Source: Bacteroidota bacterium
Lineage (GTDB): Bacteria > Bacteroidota > Bacteroidia > CAILMK01 > JAAYUY01
Reading direction: 5' to 3'
Assembly: GCA_034723125.1 (NCBI GenBank)
Contig: JAYEOP010000021.1
Coordinates: forward strand, 1 to 52,806
Length of the DNA stretch: 52,806 nucleotides
Position numbers and translations under genes: made by a program. A model generated the notes under the pieces. That model searched no databases. It saw only the letters and a list, made by a program, of their open reading frames with translations, and was not told the DNA's origin. Shown here piece by piece: positions 1 to 9,670 of the stretch. Positions within the stretch are counted from its first letter, which is position 1. Each line of letters begins with the position of its first letter.

Positions 1-1537
1 CTTCAAATACCTTTAGTAAATCTTTATTTGATTGTTCTTCTGTCTTTAATAGCTCAGAAAATTCACTTTGCAAGCTTTTCATCTTTTCATCGAAATTGAT
101 ATTTTCGTCGCGATTCACAAATTCAATATATTTACTTGGCACAAGTGAGAAGTCTTTTTTGGCTACTTCATCAAAGTTAGCGGAATAACAATATTCGGGT
201 ATGTTTTTATAATCCATATCTTTTTGTTGCCAAGTATGATAAGTAGAAGCTATATCATGTATATGCTGTGGACTGAATTGAGTAAATTTCTTTTCAAAGG
301 GTTCACCTATTTGGCGTAAATCCATAAAGAGAATTTCATTTTCACGCTGACGATAATTGCGATTTTCATCTCCAATGTTCCGGTATTGTTCTCTTTTATT
401 TTTATTTAAAATCCAAATCGTAACACTAATATTGGTTGTGTAAAACATATTTTGTGGTAATACCATAATGGCTTCCACCAAATTATTTTCAATCAGCTTA
501 CGGCGAATTTTGTATTCTTCGCCACCGCCGCTTAAGGCACCGTTTGCCAAGACAAAGCCTGCAATCCCGTTTTCGGATAGTTTGGATGCCATATTCAGTA
601 TCCAGGCATAGTTGGCATTACTTTTTGGCGGCACCTCGTAACCGGCCCAGCGCGGGTCATCTAACAATTCGGTTTCGGCGCGCCAGTCTTTTTGGTTAAA
701 GGGTGGATTTGCCATAACAAAATCGGCCTTGAGGTCTTTATGCTGATCATCACCAAAGGTATCGGCTGCTTTTTCGCCAAAGTTTGCCGAAATACCGCGT
801 ATGGCAAGGTTCATTTTTGCCAGTTTGTAGGTGGTGTTGGTATATTCCTGCCCGTAAATGGAAACTTCTTTTTTGTTTCCGTGGTGTGCTTCAATAAACT
901 TTACCGATTGTACAAACATACCGCCCGAACCGCAAGCAGGGTCATAAATAATTCCCTTGTATGGTTCAATCATTTCTGCAATCAGATTTACAATGCTTTT
1001 GGGTGTATAGAATTCTCCTTTCCCTTTTCCCTCTGCTAATGCAAATTTCGAAAGGAAGTATTCGTAAACTTTTCCAACCACATCTTGTTTTGGGTCTTTG
1101 GTAGTATCAATGTCGTTTATGGAGTCGAGCAATGAAGCCAGTTTGGTTACATCCAATCCCAAACGTGAAAAGTAGTTATCGGGCAATGCGCCTTTCAGGG
1201 CTTTGTTGTTTTTCTCAATGGTGTGCAAAGCTGTGTCAATAAGCAATGCAATATCATTTTGTTTTGATTTTTTAATCAGATAATTCCAACGACTGGTTTC
1301 TTCCAAAAAGAACACATTGTTCATATTGTAAAAGTCAGCCATTTCAATGTATTTTTCTTTGCCTTCGGAAATGAGTTTAGCTCGGTGTTCTTCAAACTTG
1401 TCACTTGCAAACTTTAAAAAAATCAGTCCTAAAACAACGTGTTTGTATTCGGAAGGTTCTATACTTCCTCTCAATTTATTCGCAGCATCCCAAAGGGTTA
1501 CTTCTATCGGTTTATTGTTTTTGTTCTTTTTTGCCAT
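1..1537 (-). CDS. hsdM: Type I restriction-modification DNA methyltransferase subunit M (N6-adenine); the 3' end runs off the left window edge
   Basis: It is absent from the ORF track because there is no stop inside the window. The minus-strand ATG at 1537-1535 opens a frame that I hand-translated as open down to position 1. The N-terminus MAKKNKNNKPIEVTLWDAANKLRGSIEPSEYKHVVLGLIFLKFASDKFEEH is the classic HsdM N-terminal domain. DPACGSGGMF (AdoMet motif I) is encoded near 900-950. ADFVMANPPFNQ, with motif IV NPPF at 709-698, is in the same frame. Confidence 0.85.
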   Translation of the reverse strand, partial: MAKKNKNNKPIEVTLWDAANKLRGSIEPSEYKHVVLGLIFLKFASDKFEEHRAKLISEGKEKYIEMADFYNMNNVFFLEETSRWNYLIKKSKQNDIALLIDTALHTIEKNNKALKGALPDNYFSRLGLDVTKLASLLDSINDIDTTKDPKQDVVGKVYEYFLSKFALAEGKGKGEFYTPKSIVNLIAEMIEPYKGIIYDPACGSGGMFVQSVKFIEAHHGNKKEVSIYGQEYTNTTYKLAKMNLAIRGISANFGEKAADTFGDDQHKDLKADFVMANPPFNQKDWRAETELLDDPRWAGYEVPPKSNANYAWILNMASKLSENGIAGFVLANGALSGGGEEYKIRRKLIENNLVEAIMVLPQNMFYTTNISVTIWILNKNKREQYRNIGDENRNYRQRENEILFMDLRQIGEPFEKKFTQFSPQHIHDIASTYHTWQQKDMDYKNIPEYCYSANFDEVAKKDFSLVPSKYIEFVNRDENINFDEKMKSLQSEFSELLKTEEQSNKDLLKVFE

Positions 1538-1760
1538 TCTATATTTTATGTCCTTTAATTCAGTTTTTAAATTTACTTTTTCTGTTTCGTTGTCTGTCCG
1601 AGCGTTGGCTAAAAAATAGCTCTTTTGGTTTTTCAGGGTTTGCCTGTGTGTCGGCAAAAACCAAATGTGCTATTTGTACGTTGGCATTTCCTTTCAATTT
1701 TCTATTTGCTAACAAAAATTTTCCATTGTTCTGTATCTTTGCCTTGCCCATAACTGATTT

Positions 1761-3143
1761 TTATATATGAATTGCTTCATTGTAAGCTGAAGCGGCAGCT
1801 TCCATTATTGCTTCCGACATTGTAGGATGAGGATGAACTGATTTCAAAATATCATGTCCTGTGGCTCCCATTTTTTTTGAAATAATTATTTCAGCAATCA
1901 TTTCGGTTACATTGCTACCGATTAAATGAGCACCAATAATTTTATCATCCTTAGAATTAAATATCAATTTTACAAATCCCTCATAATGTCCTGAGGCTGA
2001 TGCCTTACCAGAGGCGGTGAAAGGAAATTTTCCTTTCCTTATTTCATAGCCGGATTCTATTGCAGCATCTTCTGTTAATCCAACAGAGGCAAGTTCGGGT
2101 TGTGTGTAAGTACAAGCAGGAATATTAGTATAGTCAAGTTTTTCAGGAGATAAACCTGCTATTTTTTCAACACAAATAATTCCTTCGGCAGAGGCAACAT
2201 GTGCCAATGCAGGTCCATGAACAATATCGCCAATTGCAAAAACACCATCAATATTTGTTTTATAAAAATTGTCAACGTCAATTTTACCTTTAGTGGTTGA
2301 AATTCCTACTTCCTCCAATCCAATATTTTCTGTGTTGGGTGTGATTCCTACTGCACTAAGTACAACATCTGCTTCAATAATCTCTTCACCCTTTTTTGTT
2401 TTTAAAAATACTTTACATTTATCAGCAGATATGTCAACTTTTTCTACAGAAGAATTTGTAAAAACTTTAATTTTATTCTTTTTAAAACTCCTTGCCAATT
2501 GTTTTGCAACTTCTTCATCTTCATTAGGAACTATTGTTGGTAACAATTCTACAAGAGTAACTTTTGTTCCAATTGAATTATAAAAATATGCCAACTCAGA
2601 ACCAATTGCACCCGATCCAATTACAAGCATTTCATCAGGTTGATTTTCTAATGACAAAGCTTGTCTGTAGCCTATAATTTTTTTGCCGTCAATTTTTATA
2701 TTTGGCAACTGAGCAGCCCTTGAACCTGTTGCAATAATTATATTTGTAGCTTCATAAATTGTTTTTTCTCCATTAAAATCTACTTCAACCTTTTTATTTT
2801 CTAATAATTTCCCGTTTCCTTGTAATAAATCAATTTTATTTTTTTTGAAAAGATATTTTACGCCTTTTGACATCTTTTCGGAAATTTCTCTTGAACGTTT
2901 TATAATTGCATTAAAATCTACTTTCACATTGTCTATGCTAATACCATAGCTTGAAGCATTTTTTATGTCATTGGCAATTTGAGCTGAGCGAAGTAGAGCT
3001 TTTGTAGGAATACAACCCCAGTTTAAGCAAATACCACCCAAAGATTCTCTTTCAACAACTGCAACTTTTTTCCCAAGTTGAGTAGCTCTTATTGCTGCTA
3101 CATATCCTCCGGGACCACTACCTATAATTATAATATCATACAT
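1761..3143 (-). CDS. lpdA: Dihydrolipoyl dehydrogenase (E3 component)
   Basis: It has the FAD motif IIIGSGPGGY, the redox-active disulfide GGICLNWGCIPTK and the C-terminal HPHPTxSE interface motif. At 460 aa the length is typical. Confidence 0.95.
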   Translation of the reverse strand: MYDIIIIGSGPGGYVAAIRATQLGKKVAVVERESLGGICLNWGCIPTKALLRSAQIANDIKNASSYGISIDNVKVDFNAIIKRSREISEKMSKGVKYLFKKNKIDLLQGNGKLLENKKVEVDFNGEKTIYEATNIIIATGSRAAQLPNIKIDGKKIIGYRQALSLENQPDEMLVIGSGAIGSELAYFYNSIGTKVTLVELLPTIVPNEDEEVAKQLARSFKKNKIKVFTNSSVEKVDISADKCKVFLKTKKGEEIIEADVVLSAVGITPNTENIGLEEVGISTTKGKIDVDNFYKTNIDGVFAIGDIVHGPALAHVASAEGIICVEKIAGLSPEKLDYTNIPACTYTQPELASVGLTEDAAIESGYEIRKGKFPFTASGKASASGHYEGFVKLIFNSKDDKIIGAHLIGSNVTEMIAEIIISKKMGATGHDILKSVHPHPTMSEAIMEAAASAYNEAIHI

Positions 3144-3152
3144 GAGTAAATT

Positions 3153-3716
3153 TTATTTTTTATTGTAATTTGTCATTGCCTTTGCAATTCCCTCAAAAGC
3201 AATTGATTTAATTGAATCGTAAACAATAGTTGATTTATCACTTAAAATACTGATTTCCTTATCTGTCCATTCACCAAGAACATATTTTACTTGTTTCCCT
3301 TTAGAAAATTCATCACCAATTCCAAAGCGAAGACGTGAAAAATTTTGTCCTCCCAAAACATTAATTATGTCTTCTAATCCATTATGTCCGCCTGCTCCAC
3401 CTTTTGTACGTATTCTAATTTTGCCAAAAGGTATGGCAATATCATCCACAATAACTATGAGATTTTCTATTGGTATTTTCAAATAATTAAGCCAGTATCT
3501 AATTGATTTACCACTAAGGTTCATAAAAGTGGTGGGTTTAATATAGAAAAAAACTCTGTTTTTAATTTTGTGCTTTGCAATAAATGCTAGCCTAGCATGC
3601 TCAAATACAAAATTTTCTTTTTCGGCAATATTGTCCAAAATGGTAAAGCCGATATTATGACGAGTATTTTTGTACTCATCACCAATGTTCCCAAGTCCGG
3701 CAATTAAAAACCTCAA
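3153..3716 (-). CDS. pth: Peptidyl-tRNA hydrolase
   Basis: It has GLGNIGDEYKNTRHNIGF and the GGHNGL motif. The 187 aa length and the conserved prs-ctc-pth gene order also fit. Confidence 0.95.
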   Translation of the reverse strand: MRFLIAGLGNIGDEYKNTRHNIGFTILDNIAEKENFVFEHARLAFIAKHKIKNRVFFYIKPTTFMNLSGKSIRYWLNYLKIPIENLIVIVDDIAIPFGKIRIRTKGGAGGHNGLEDIINVLGGQNFSRLRFGIGDEFSKGKQVKYVLGEWTDKEISILSDKSTIVYDSIKSIAFEGIAKAMTNYNKK

Positions 3717-3848
3717 TTGTTTAAAATTAAATTGTTTAAAATATCCTATTGTTTTTCGCTTGAAAAAAATTCACCGAAAATTAATTAATCAAATGAAAAA
3801 TTAAAATTCGGTGATATTATTTTAAAAATACTTTTCCTCTTGTTGAAA

Positions 3849-4541
3849 CTACTTAGAATCTTTCTCTTCAGTTGCTTCAGCTTCTTTCTCTCCTTCTTCT
3901 CCTTCTTCTCCTTCTTTGTCTCCTTCTTCTCCTTCTCCTTCTTCAAGTTCTTCATCAGTTAATCCTTCTTCACCAACTTCTGGAAGTTCAACCAATTTTG
4001 GAATAGAAACGCCCACTACAGGAGTATTATCGGATGCAAGAACTTCAATATTCGGGATTTCAATTTCTCCAATTTTTAAAGTATCTCCTAATTTTAGATG
4101 TTCAATATTTATTTCCAATGTTTCAGGTAAGTCTGAAACTTTTCCTTTTAAACGTATTTTTCTTAATTTTCTAAATACTTTTCCACCTTCTGTAATACCT
4201 AAAGGAGTCCCAACCAGTGAAATTGGATAGTATATTTTTATTTCTTTGTCATCTGTAACTTCCATAAAATCTAAATGGATTGGGTCATCAGATAAAGGAT
4301 TAAATTGAATATTTTTTATAACAGTTTTATATTCTTTACCTTCCACATTTAAAACAACCATATAAACTTGGTCTGTATAAACTAAATCTCTTAAGTCATT
4401 TATAAAACAGTAAATGCTTATGTTTTCTTTTATTTTATCGCCATAAATAACTGCCGGCACAAAACCTTCTTTTCTTAGTCTGTTAATTTCTTTTTTGGTT
4501 GAAGTATCTCTTAACTTCCCAGTCAACACGAACTTTTTCAT
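3849..4541 (-). CDS. rplY: 50S ribosomal protein L25 / general stress protein Ctc, with a long acidic C-terminal tail
   Basis: The L25/Ctc N-terminal fold signature is present (RKEGFVPAVIYG). It sits between prs and pth. The C-terminus is E/G/K-rich low complexity. Confidence 0.9.
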   Translation of the reverse strand: MKKFVLTGKLRDTSTKKEINRLRKEGFVPAVIYGDKIKENISIYCFINDLRDLVYTDQVYMVVLNVEGKEYKTVIKNIQFNPLSDDPIHLDFMEVTDDKEIKIYYPISLVGTPLGITEGGKVFRKLRKIRLKGKVSDLPETLEINIEHLKLGDTLKIGEIEIPNIEVLASDNTPVVGVSIPKLVELPEVGEEGLTDEELEEGEGEEGDKEGEEGEEGEKEAEATEEKDSK

Positions 4542-4556
4542 AATAATTTTTCTTTT

Positions 4557-5528
4557 TTAGAATTTAAACTTTTTTTGTATTGCTCCCGGCATATTAAACA
4601 ATGAGCTTATAGACTCATGCTCATAAACATTATGAATAGCCTTTGCAAATAGGGTTGAAATTGAAAGAACTTTAATTTTACTAGATCTTTTTTTTAACGG
4701 AATAGTATCGCAAACAACGATTTCTTCCAATTTTGAATTTTCAAGATTTTTTATTGCATCTTCCGAAAAAACAGGATGTGTAGCTAATGCTCTTACACTT
4801 TTTGCTCCTGAATCTATCATCAATTGAGCAGCTTTAACAAGTGTGTTTCCTGTATCAATCATGTCATCAACAATTATCACATTTTTACCCTCAACATTTC
4901 CAATTATCCTCATTTCTGCAACTTCATTAGCCTTTACTCTGTGCTTATCAGAAATAACTATTTCGGAATGTAACTTATCTGCAAATGCTCTTGCACGCTT
5001 AGTTCCACCAATATCAGGAGAAGCAATCACTAAGTCTGATAAATCAAGGTCTTCAATATATGGAATAAAAAGAACTGAGGAATCAAGGTGAACAACAGGT
5101 ATAGGAAAAAATCCCTGAATTTGTGCAGCATGTAAATCCATTGTCATAACCCTAGTAGCACCTGCTGTGTGAATAATATCGGCTAATAGTTTTGCTCCAA
5201 TAGATACTCGGGGTTTGTCTTTTCTATCCTGCCTAGCATATCCAAAATAAGGAATTACTACATTAATGTTGTTAGCTGATGCCCTTTTTGCTGCATCAAT
5301 CATTAATAATAATTCCATTAAATTATCTGAAGGGGAATAAGTTGATTGAATAAGAAATACATCACAACCACGAATTGATTCATTAAAATTGGGTTGAATC
5401 TCACCATCTTTAAACTTTATAATACTTAGATCTCCAAGATCAATACCAAAAGCACGTGAAATTTTTTGCCCAAGATCAAATGAAGCATTTCCTGCAAATA
5501 TTTTTATCGGATTAAACTTTGCCGGCAT
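4557..5528 (-). CDS. prs: Ribose-phosphate pyrophosphokinase
   Basis: It has FKDGE, YFGYARQDRK, DLHAAQIQGFF and the PRPP-binding loop VDDMIDTGNT. Confidence 0.95.
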   Translation of the reverse strand: MPAKFNPIKIFAGNASFDLGQKISRAFGIDLGDLSIIKFKDGEIQPNFNESIRGCDVFLIQSTYSPSDNLMELLLMIDAAKRASANNINVVIPYFGYARQDRKDKPRVSIGAKLLADIIHTAGATRVMTMDLHAAQIQGFFPIPVVHLDSSVLFIPYIEDLDLSDLVIASPDIGGTKRARAFADKLHSEIVISDKHRVKANEVAEMRIIGNVEGKNVIIVDDMIDTGNTLVKAAQLMIDSGAKSVRALATHPVFSEDAIKNLENSKLEEIVVCDTIPLKKRSSKIKVLSISTLFAKAIHNVYEHESISSLFNMPGAIQKKFKF

Positions 5529-5995
5529 TTTTTTACAATTTATTTAATTCCTGCATTTACTAACATTATTTTCAGAATTGCAAAAGTAAAAATATTAGTT
5601 ATTAATACTGAATATTTATCAATAAAAATTAATGTATTAATTTTTATTAGCTGATTCTTATTTTTAGGCACTTATCTAACGAGTACTTTAAAACAAAATT
5701 AAAGCTATCATATTGAATTATTGTGTTCATTATTTGTAACGTAATTTAGCAACATTCTTTTCTCTCAAAGCTTCTAGTATTTCATTAACGGTATAAGCCA
5801 ATACATTAGTCAGAATATCACTCAACTACTGCCATACGGAGTTTCATAAACATGGATAAATCATCTTAATAGTCACTTGGTAGTCCAAAATTTCTTACTG
5901 TAAAAGATATTGACACCCCATTTTTGTAATAACTATAAAATGGGAATCTGACATATATGGTATTCTTTAAAACTTAGTATATCCATACTTTTATA

Positions 5996-6250
5996 TTTTT
6001 GGAGAATTCATATCATTATATGGGGAACTCAGTTGATTCGTAGATAAACTAATAGCTACATTAAGTCCTATTATTATCAACTGTATTTCTAATACCTTCT
6101 CTATCTTCTGGGGAAAGTGCATCATTATATGGGGAACTATCTTGATTAACTACTAAACTTATATCTGTACTAAGACCTTTATTATTAGCAACTTCTTTAA
6201 TCCCATTATTATCTTTTTGGGGAAATGTATCATTATATGGGGAACTACAC
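5996..6250 (-). repeat. Three tandem copies of a 108-109-bp repeat with a conserved core atcattatatggggaact
   Basis: The identical 18-nt core occurs at 6012-6029, 6121-6138 and 6229-6246. The sequence between cores is also recognisably similar, for example ttgatt..ctaa..at..cta..taag.cct.ttatta. This makes it a diverged tandem duplication, not a repeat-spacer array. Confidence 0.85.
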
Positions 6251-6258
6251 TTTATCAT
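6061..6258 (-). CDS. Small repeat-containing hypothetical protein (two SSPYND... units), possibly a decaying gene
   Basis: The ORF start overlaps the stop of the upstream 559-aa gene (ATGA at 6258-6255). It encodes two copies of a roughly 36-aa unit that correspond to the DNA tandem repeat. The third DNA copy is out of frame. Coding status is uncertain. Confidence 0.3.
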   Translation of the reverse strand: MIKCSSPYNDTFPQKDNNGIKEVANNKGLSTDISLVVNQDSSPYNDALSPEDREGIRNTVDNNRT

Positions 6259-7934
6259 TTCATTAAGATTTTCTTTATTAAATCAAATAAATCTCCCTTA
6301 CTATCTTCTACATTAAGTCTGTACTTAGTTCCCTTTCCAGTTCCTTCTTGAGTTAATACATCATCTTTAACAAGTTTTTCAATCATATAACGCATCTGGT
6401 CACGAGTTAATTTATCTTCAAATATTTCCATAAAATCACTTACACTAAGTTTATTTTTACTTTGATATCCTTCTGCTATCATACTCAGATAAATTGGTCG
6501 ATAACCAACAATTTTATCTTCTGTTTGTGTAATTTCAAAATACTTATCTCCAAGTGTATATATTTCACTTGTGGTTTTGCCACTTCTTTTAATTACATTT
6601 TGAGTATATAATTTCTGTACAATATCTCTATTCAAGCCACTTGATATACCTATTCGTATTTTATCCAGAGTGATTAAATCAAAAACGCCAAGTTTGTTGT
6701 TTTCATCACGTTGGCTTTGTTCTTCATTTGCAAAAATTAAAAATGAAGGGTCTTGAATGTCGGCAGATATTTTTAATTCGACCTGGAGCATACTTGTGCT
6801 AAAATAGTCTGGGACAGGCTTTGATTCCATGAGACTGTATAAAAATAATTTGTCAACTCCCTGACCTGAACGTTCAACCAATCCGGTTTTTAATAGAATG
6901 TCGGCAAGTAACCTGCTTCGGGGAGTGCTGTTAACTGTAAGTAAATTTTCCAGATTCACACCACGAGGAAAACCACCTGGGTTTGTAATAACTATTTTGT
7001 TTGGATATTGTTTAATAACTATCTCACTGGTAATTGTATAATCTCTGTGAACAATTGCATTTAATACAGCTTCTCTGATAATGTCCTCTTTAAAGAAAGG
7101 TAGATCGAAAATATATGGCCCTTGTTTTAGTTTAAATGTAGGATTGCTTGCAGGCTGATTGATATAATCCCAAATTTTATCAATAGCAACGAATAAAGGT
7201 TCTTGTATTTCTACCCTGTTATCAGATTCAATTGCTGTATCGCTTCTTCGATATTCAATAATTACTTTTGCTTGTGGTAAGATATTATGTATTTTGCCTT
7301 TTTTACCGATAAGGATTAATGCCGCATTAGATAACTTGCCATCAATCATCAGGTCGAGGTCGATTAGTACCTGTTCGTTTGATTGCGTTTTAAAACCGGG
7401 ATTATTTTGCTTTTTGGCATACTTCTCTTTTAAGATATCTATTGCGTTCTCGTCAATATCATCAATTGTTAAACCTTCGCAAATCTTAGCAGAAAAATCG
7501 GGTTCTTGTTCCTGAAGAATTTTAAATAATTGTTCATCGCTCATCGGTAATAAATCCTCACCAACCCGCATTAATGGAATATCTTCAAATTTCAGTGTTT
7601 TACCAACTGGTCTGGAAGGAATATGAATAACCAATACGCGCTTATCTCCTTCATGTAAAACTTCTGTTTGAATCCTGATTTGTTTATCACGGTAAATATC
7701 CTCGGCTAATTTGCCTTCTCGCCCTTCCCAAGCTGCAGAACCGGTAATGATATGCAAGCCGTTATTATTCTCTCTTACTCCAAGAATTAATTTTCCTCCA
7801 CCTTCATTTGCAAGAGCAACAACATAACCCAATACACTTCGCCTGCCATTATTATAATTGTATTGGGTTTTAGCTTCTTTAAACTCAACTTTATCTTCGC
7901 TTTCTTTAAGTCGTTTTAATTCGTCTATTATCAT
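6255..7934 (-). CDS. AlbA_2 (Schlafen-like) plus HATPase_c_4-type putative DNA-binding regulator (COG2865-like)
   Basis: The N-terminus has E.KESEDKVEFKEA...ALANEGGGKLILGV, typical of the AlbA_2 divergent AAA domain. The central region has REAVLNAIVHRDY...ITNPGGFP...TPRSRLLADILLKTGLVERSGQGVDK, typical of the RecG-like C-terminal ATPase-like domain. A roughly 190-aa C-terminal extension follows. Confidence 0.8.
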   Translation of the reverse strand: MIIDELKRLKESEDKVEFKEAKTQYNYNNGRRSVLGYVVALANEGGGKLILGVRENNNGLHIITGSAAWEGREGKLAEDIYRDKQIRIQTEVLHEGDKRVLVIHIPSRPVGKTLKFEDIPLMRVGEDLLPMSDEQLFKILQEQEPDFSAKICEGLTIDDIDENAIDILKEKYAKKQNNPGFKTQSNEQVLIDLDLMIDGKLSNAALILIGKKGKIHNILPQAKVIIEYRRSDTAIESDNRVEIQEPLFVAIDKIWDYINQPASNPTFKLKQGPYIFDLPFFKEDIIREAVLNAIVHRDYTITSEIVIKQYPNKIVITNPGGFPRGVNLENLLTVNSTPRSRLLADILLKTGLVERSGQGVDKLFLYSLMESKPVPDYFSTSMLQVELKISADIQDPSFLIFANEEQSQRDENNKLGVFDLITLDKIRIGISSGLNRDIVQKLYTQNVIKRSGKTTSEIYTLGDKYFEITQTEDKIVGYRPIYLSMIAEGYQSKNKLSVSDFMEIFEDKLTRDQMRYMIEKLVKDDVLTQEGTGKGTKYRLNVEDSKGDLFDLIKKILMK

Positions 7935-8426
7935 GTTAATTAATTTTTAGCTTCCTTTAAATTGTCTTAATAGGTATTATTTGATTTTAAGATTGACACG
8001 ATTATTGACTTTTAAAATTTTTATTAAACCCCAGTTTCCAATCATATAAAACTAATCTACAAAAAAAATAAACTATCATTATTGTTAATAACTAAAATCA
8101 CAAGGAAATGAATTAGTACTACGAAACCTATTTTCATATTTTATTGTAGATTTTCATTGTTTTTTTTAAATTACTACCATCATAAGTATATACTACACAT
8201 TCCTGATATATCTATTATAAATACCTTAAAATACATACTTTCAATCTTGTACAATTTATAATACTCATGCAAAAGTAATAATGTTTTATCAGATAACAAC
8301 GAACTTATATTCTTTTAGTTTGATTACTATTTTTTAGTCGTCTATTCCGTTTATTTCCAAATATAGGGTATAAGCAAAATTTGCTTGATTTTTTTTAAAT
8401 CAATTTCATACACAAAATAAATTTGT

Positions 8427-8434
8427 TAATTTTG
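8427..8434 (+). promoter_or_regulatory. Candidate Bacteroidota sigma-A -7 box (TAatTTTG) for the THUMP methyltransferase gene
   Basis: It matches the TAnnTTTG consensus 32 nt upstream of the start at 8467. The motif can occur by chance in AT-rich DNA. Confidence 0.35.
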
Positions 8435-8466
8435 CAACTCTTTTTAAAACACAAAATATTAGAAAA

Positions 8467-9627
8467 TTGAAAGTTAATAAAGACAATTTTGAGATTATTG
8501 TAAAAACATTCCAAGGATTAGAGGACGTTCTTATTAAGGAAATTAAAAATCTTGGAGTTGATCATGTTGAAAAAAAAATACGTGCTGTTAGTTTTATAGG
8601 AAACAACGAACTACTTTACAAAGCTAACTTAAACTTGAGAACAGCATTAAAAATTTTAAAACCAATTGCCCAATTTAAAGCAAGAGACGATTTTAATCTT
8701 TACAAAAAAATTCAGCAAATCGACTGGTCAACTTATATGAGTCATCGCGACACCTTGTTTATTGGTAGCACTGTTTATTCCGACTATTTTAAGCATTCGA
8801 AATATGTGATACATAAAACCAAAGATGCAATAGTTGACCAATTTATGAAAAAAAACAATAAGCGACCAAACATTGATCTTGAGAATCCTATTTTAAAAAT
8901 TGATGTTCATATTATTAATGACAATTGTACAATATCACTTGACAGCTCAGGAAAGCCACTAAATCAAAGGGGTTACAGATTAGAAACCAATGAAGCACCG
9001 ATAAATGAAGTTCTTGCAGCAGGATTAATTTTACTTTCAAACTGGAAAAAAGATTCTAGTTTTATTGACCCTATGTGTGGCTCGGGAACAATTCCTATTG
9101 AAGCGGCAATGATTGCAAATAATATTGCTCCAAACATAAACCGTCAACATTTTGGTTTTTTTAATTGGAAAGGTTTTAACAAAGCTATTTGGACACGGAT
9201 TCATGAAGAAGCTTTAAATAACGAAATACGATTTAAGCATAAGATATATGGATACGATAAATCACCAAGAGCAATAAGAATTTCAAAAAAGAACCTTGCA
9301 GAATCAAAAATGCGTGATAAAGTAACTTTTGAAGTCAGGGACTTTGAAGAGCTTGAACCTCCAAAAGAAAAAGGAATGTTGATAATAAATCCACCCTACA
9401 ATGAGAGGTTGCAAAATATTGATGTTGAGAGTTTTTACGAAATGATAGGTGATAGATTTAAACAAAAATTTACAGGATATGATGCATGTATTTTAAGTGC
9501 AAATATTGATGCAATAAAAAAAGTAGGTCTTAGAACTTCTTTTAAAATACACCTCAACAACGGTGGGTTAAAATGTAAATACCATAAGTATCAAATTTAT
9601 AAAGGAAGTAAAAAGAATAAATTTTAG
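8467..9627 (+). CDS. THUMP-domain class I SAM-dependent RNA methyltransferase (RlmL/YpsC-like)
   Basis: It has the N-terminal THUMP-type FEIIVKTFQGLEDVL, the AdoMet motif DPMCGSGTI and the catalytic IINPPYNERL. The start is TTG, with no nearby in-frame ATG. Confidence 0.85.
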   Translation: MKVNKDNFEIIVKTFQGLEDVLIKEIKNLGVDHVEKKIRAVSFIGNNELLYKANLNLRTALKILKPIAQFKARDDFNLYKKIQQIDWSTYMSHRDTLFIGSTVYSDYFKHSKYVIHKTKDAIVDQFMKKNNKRPNIDLENPILKIDVHIINDNCTISLDSSGKPLNQRGYRLETNEAPINEVLAAGLILLSNWKKDSSFIDPMCGSGTIPIEAAMIANNIAPNINRQHFGFFNWKGFNKAIWTRIHEEALNNEIRFKHKIYGYDKSPRAIRISKKNLAESKMRDKVTFEVRDFEELEPPKEKGMLIINPPYNERLQNIDVESFYEMIGDRFKQKFTGYDACILSANIDAIKKVGLRTSFKIHLNNGGLKCKYHKYQIYKGSKKNKF

Positions 9628-9670
9628 GAAGGTTCTCGTATTTTTACCTTTTTAATCAACAACAAGAAAT

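Noticed and set aside
1560-1751. A 63-aa minus-strand ORF between lpdA and hsdM.
   Set aside because: It has no recognisable motif. It overlaps the likely hsdM promoter region (near-consensus TAAATTTA at 1576-1568). It could be a gene remnant, but I cannot support calling it.
692-1770. Plus-strand ORFs at 692-1039, 1347-1619 and 1405-1770.
   Set aside because: They are antisense to the well-supported hsdM frame or span its promoter region. Their translations are low-complexity and hydrophobic, with no motifs.
5996-6250. The 108-bp repeats as a CRISPR array.
   Set aside because: The segments between cores are about 90 nt long and are homologous to each other. This makes it a diverged tandem duplication. 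No cas genes are nearby.
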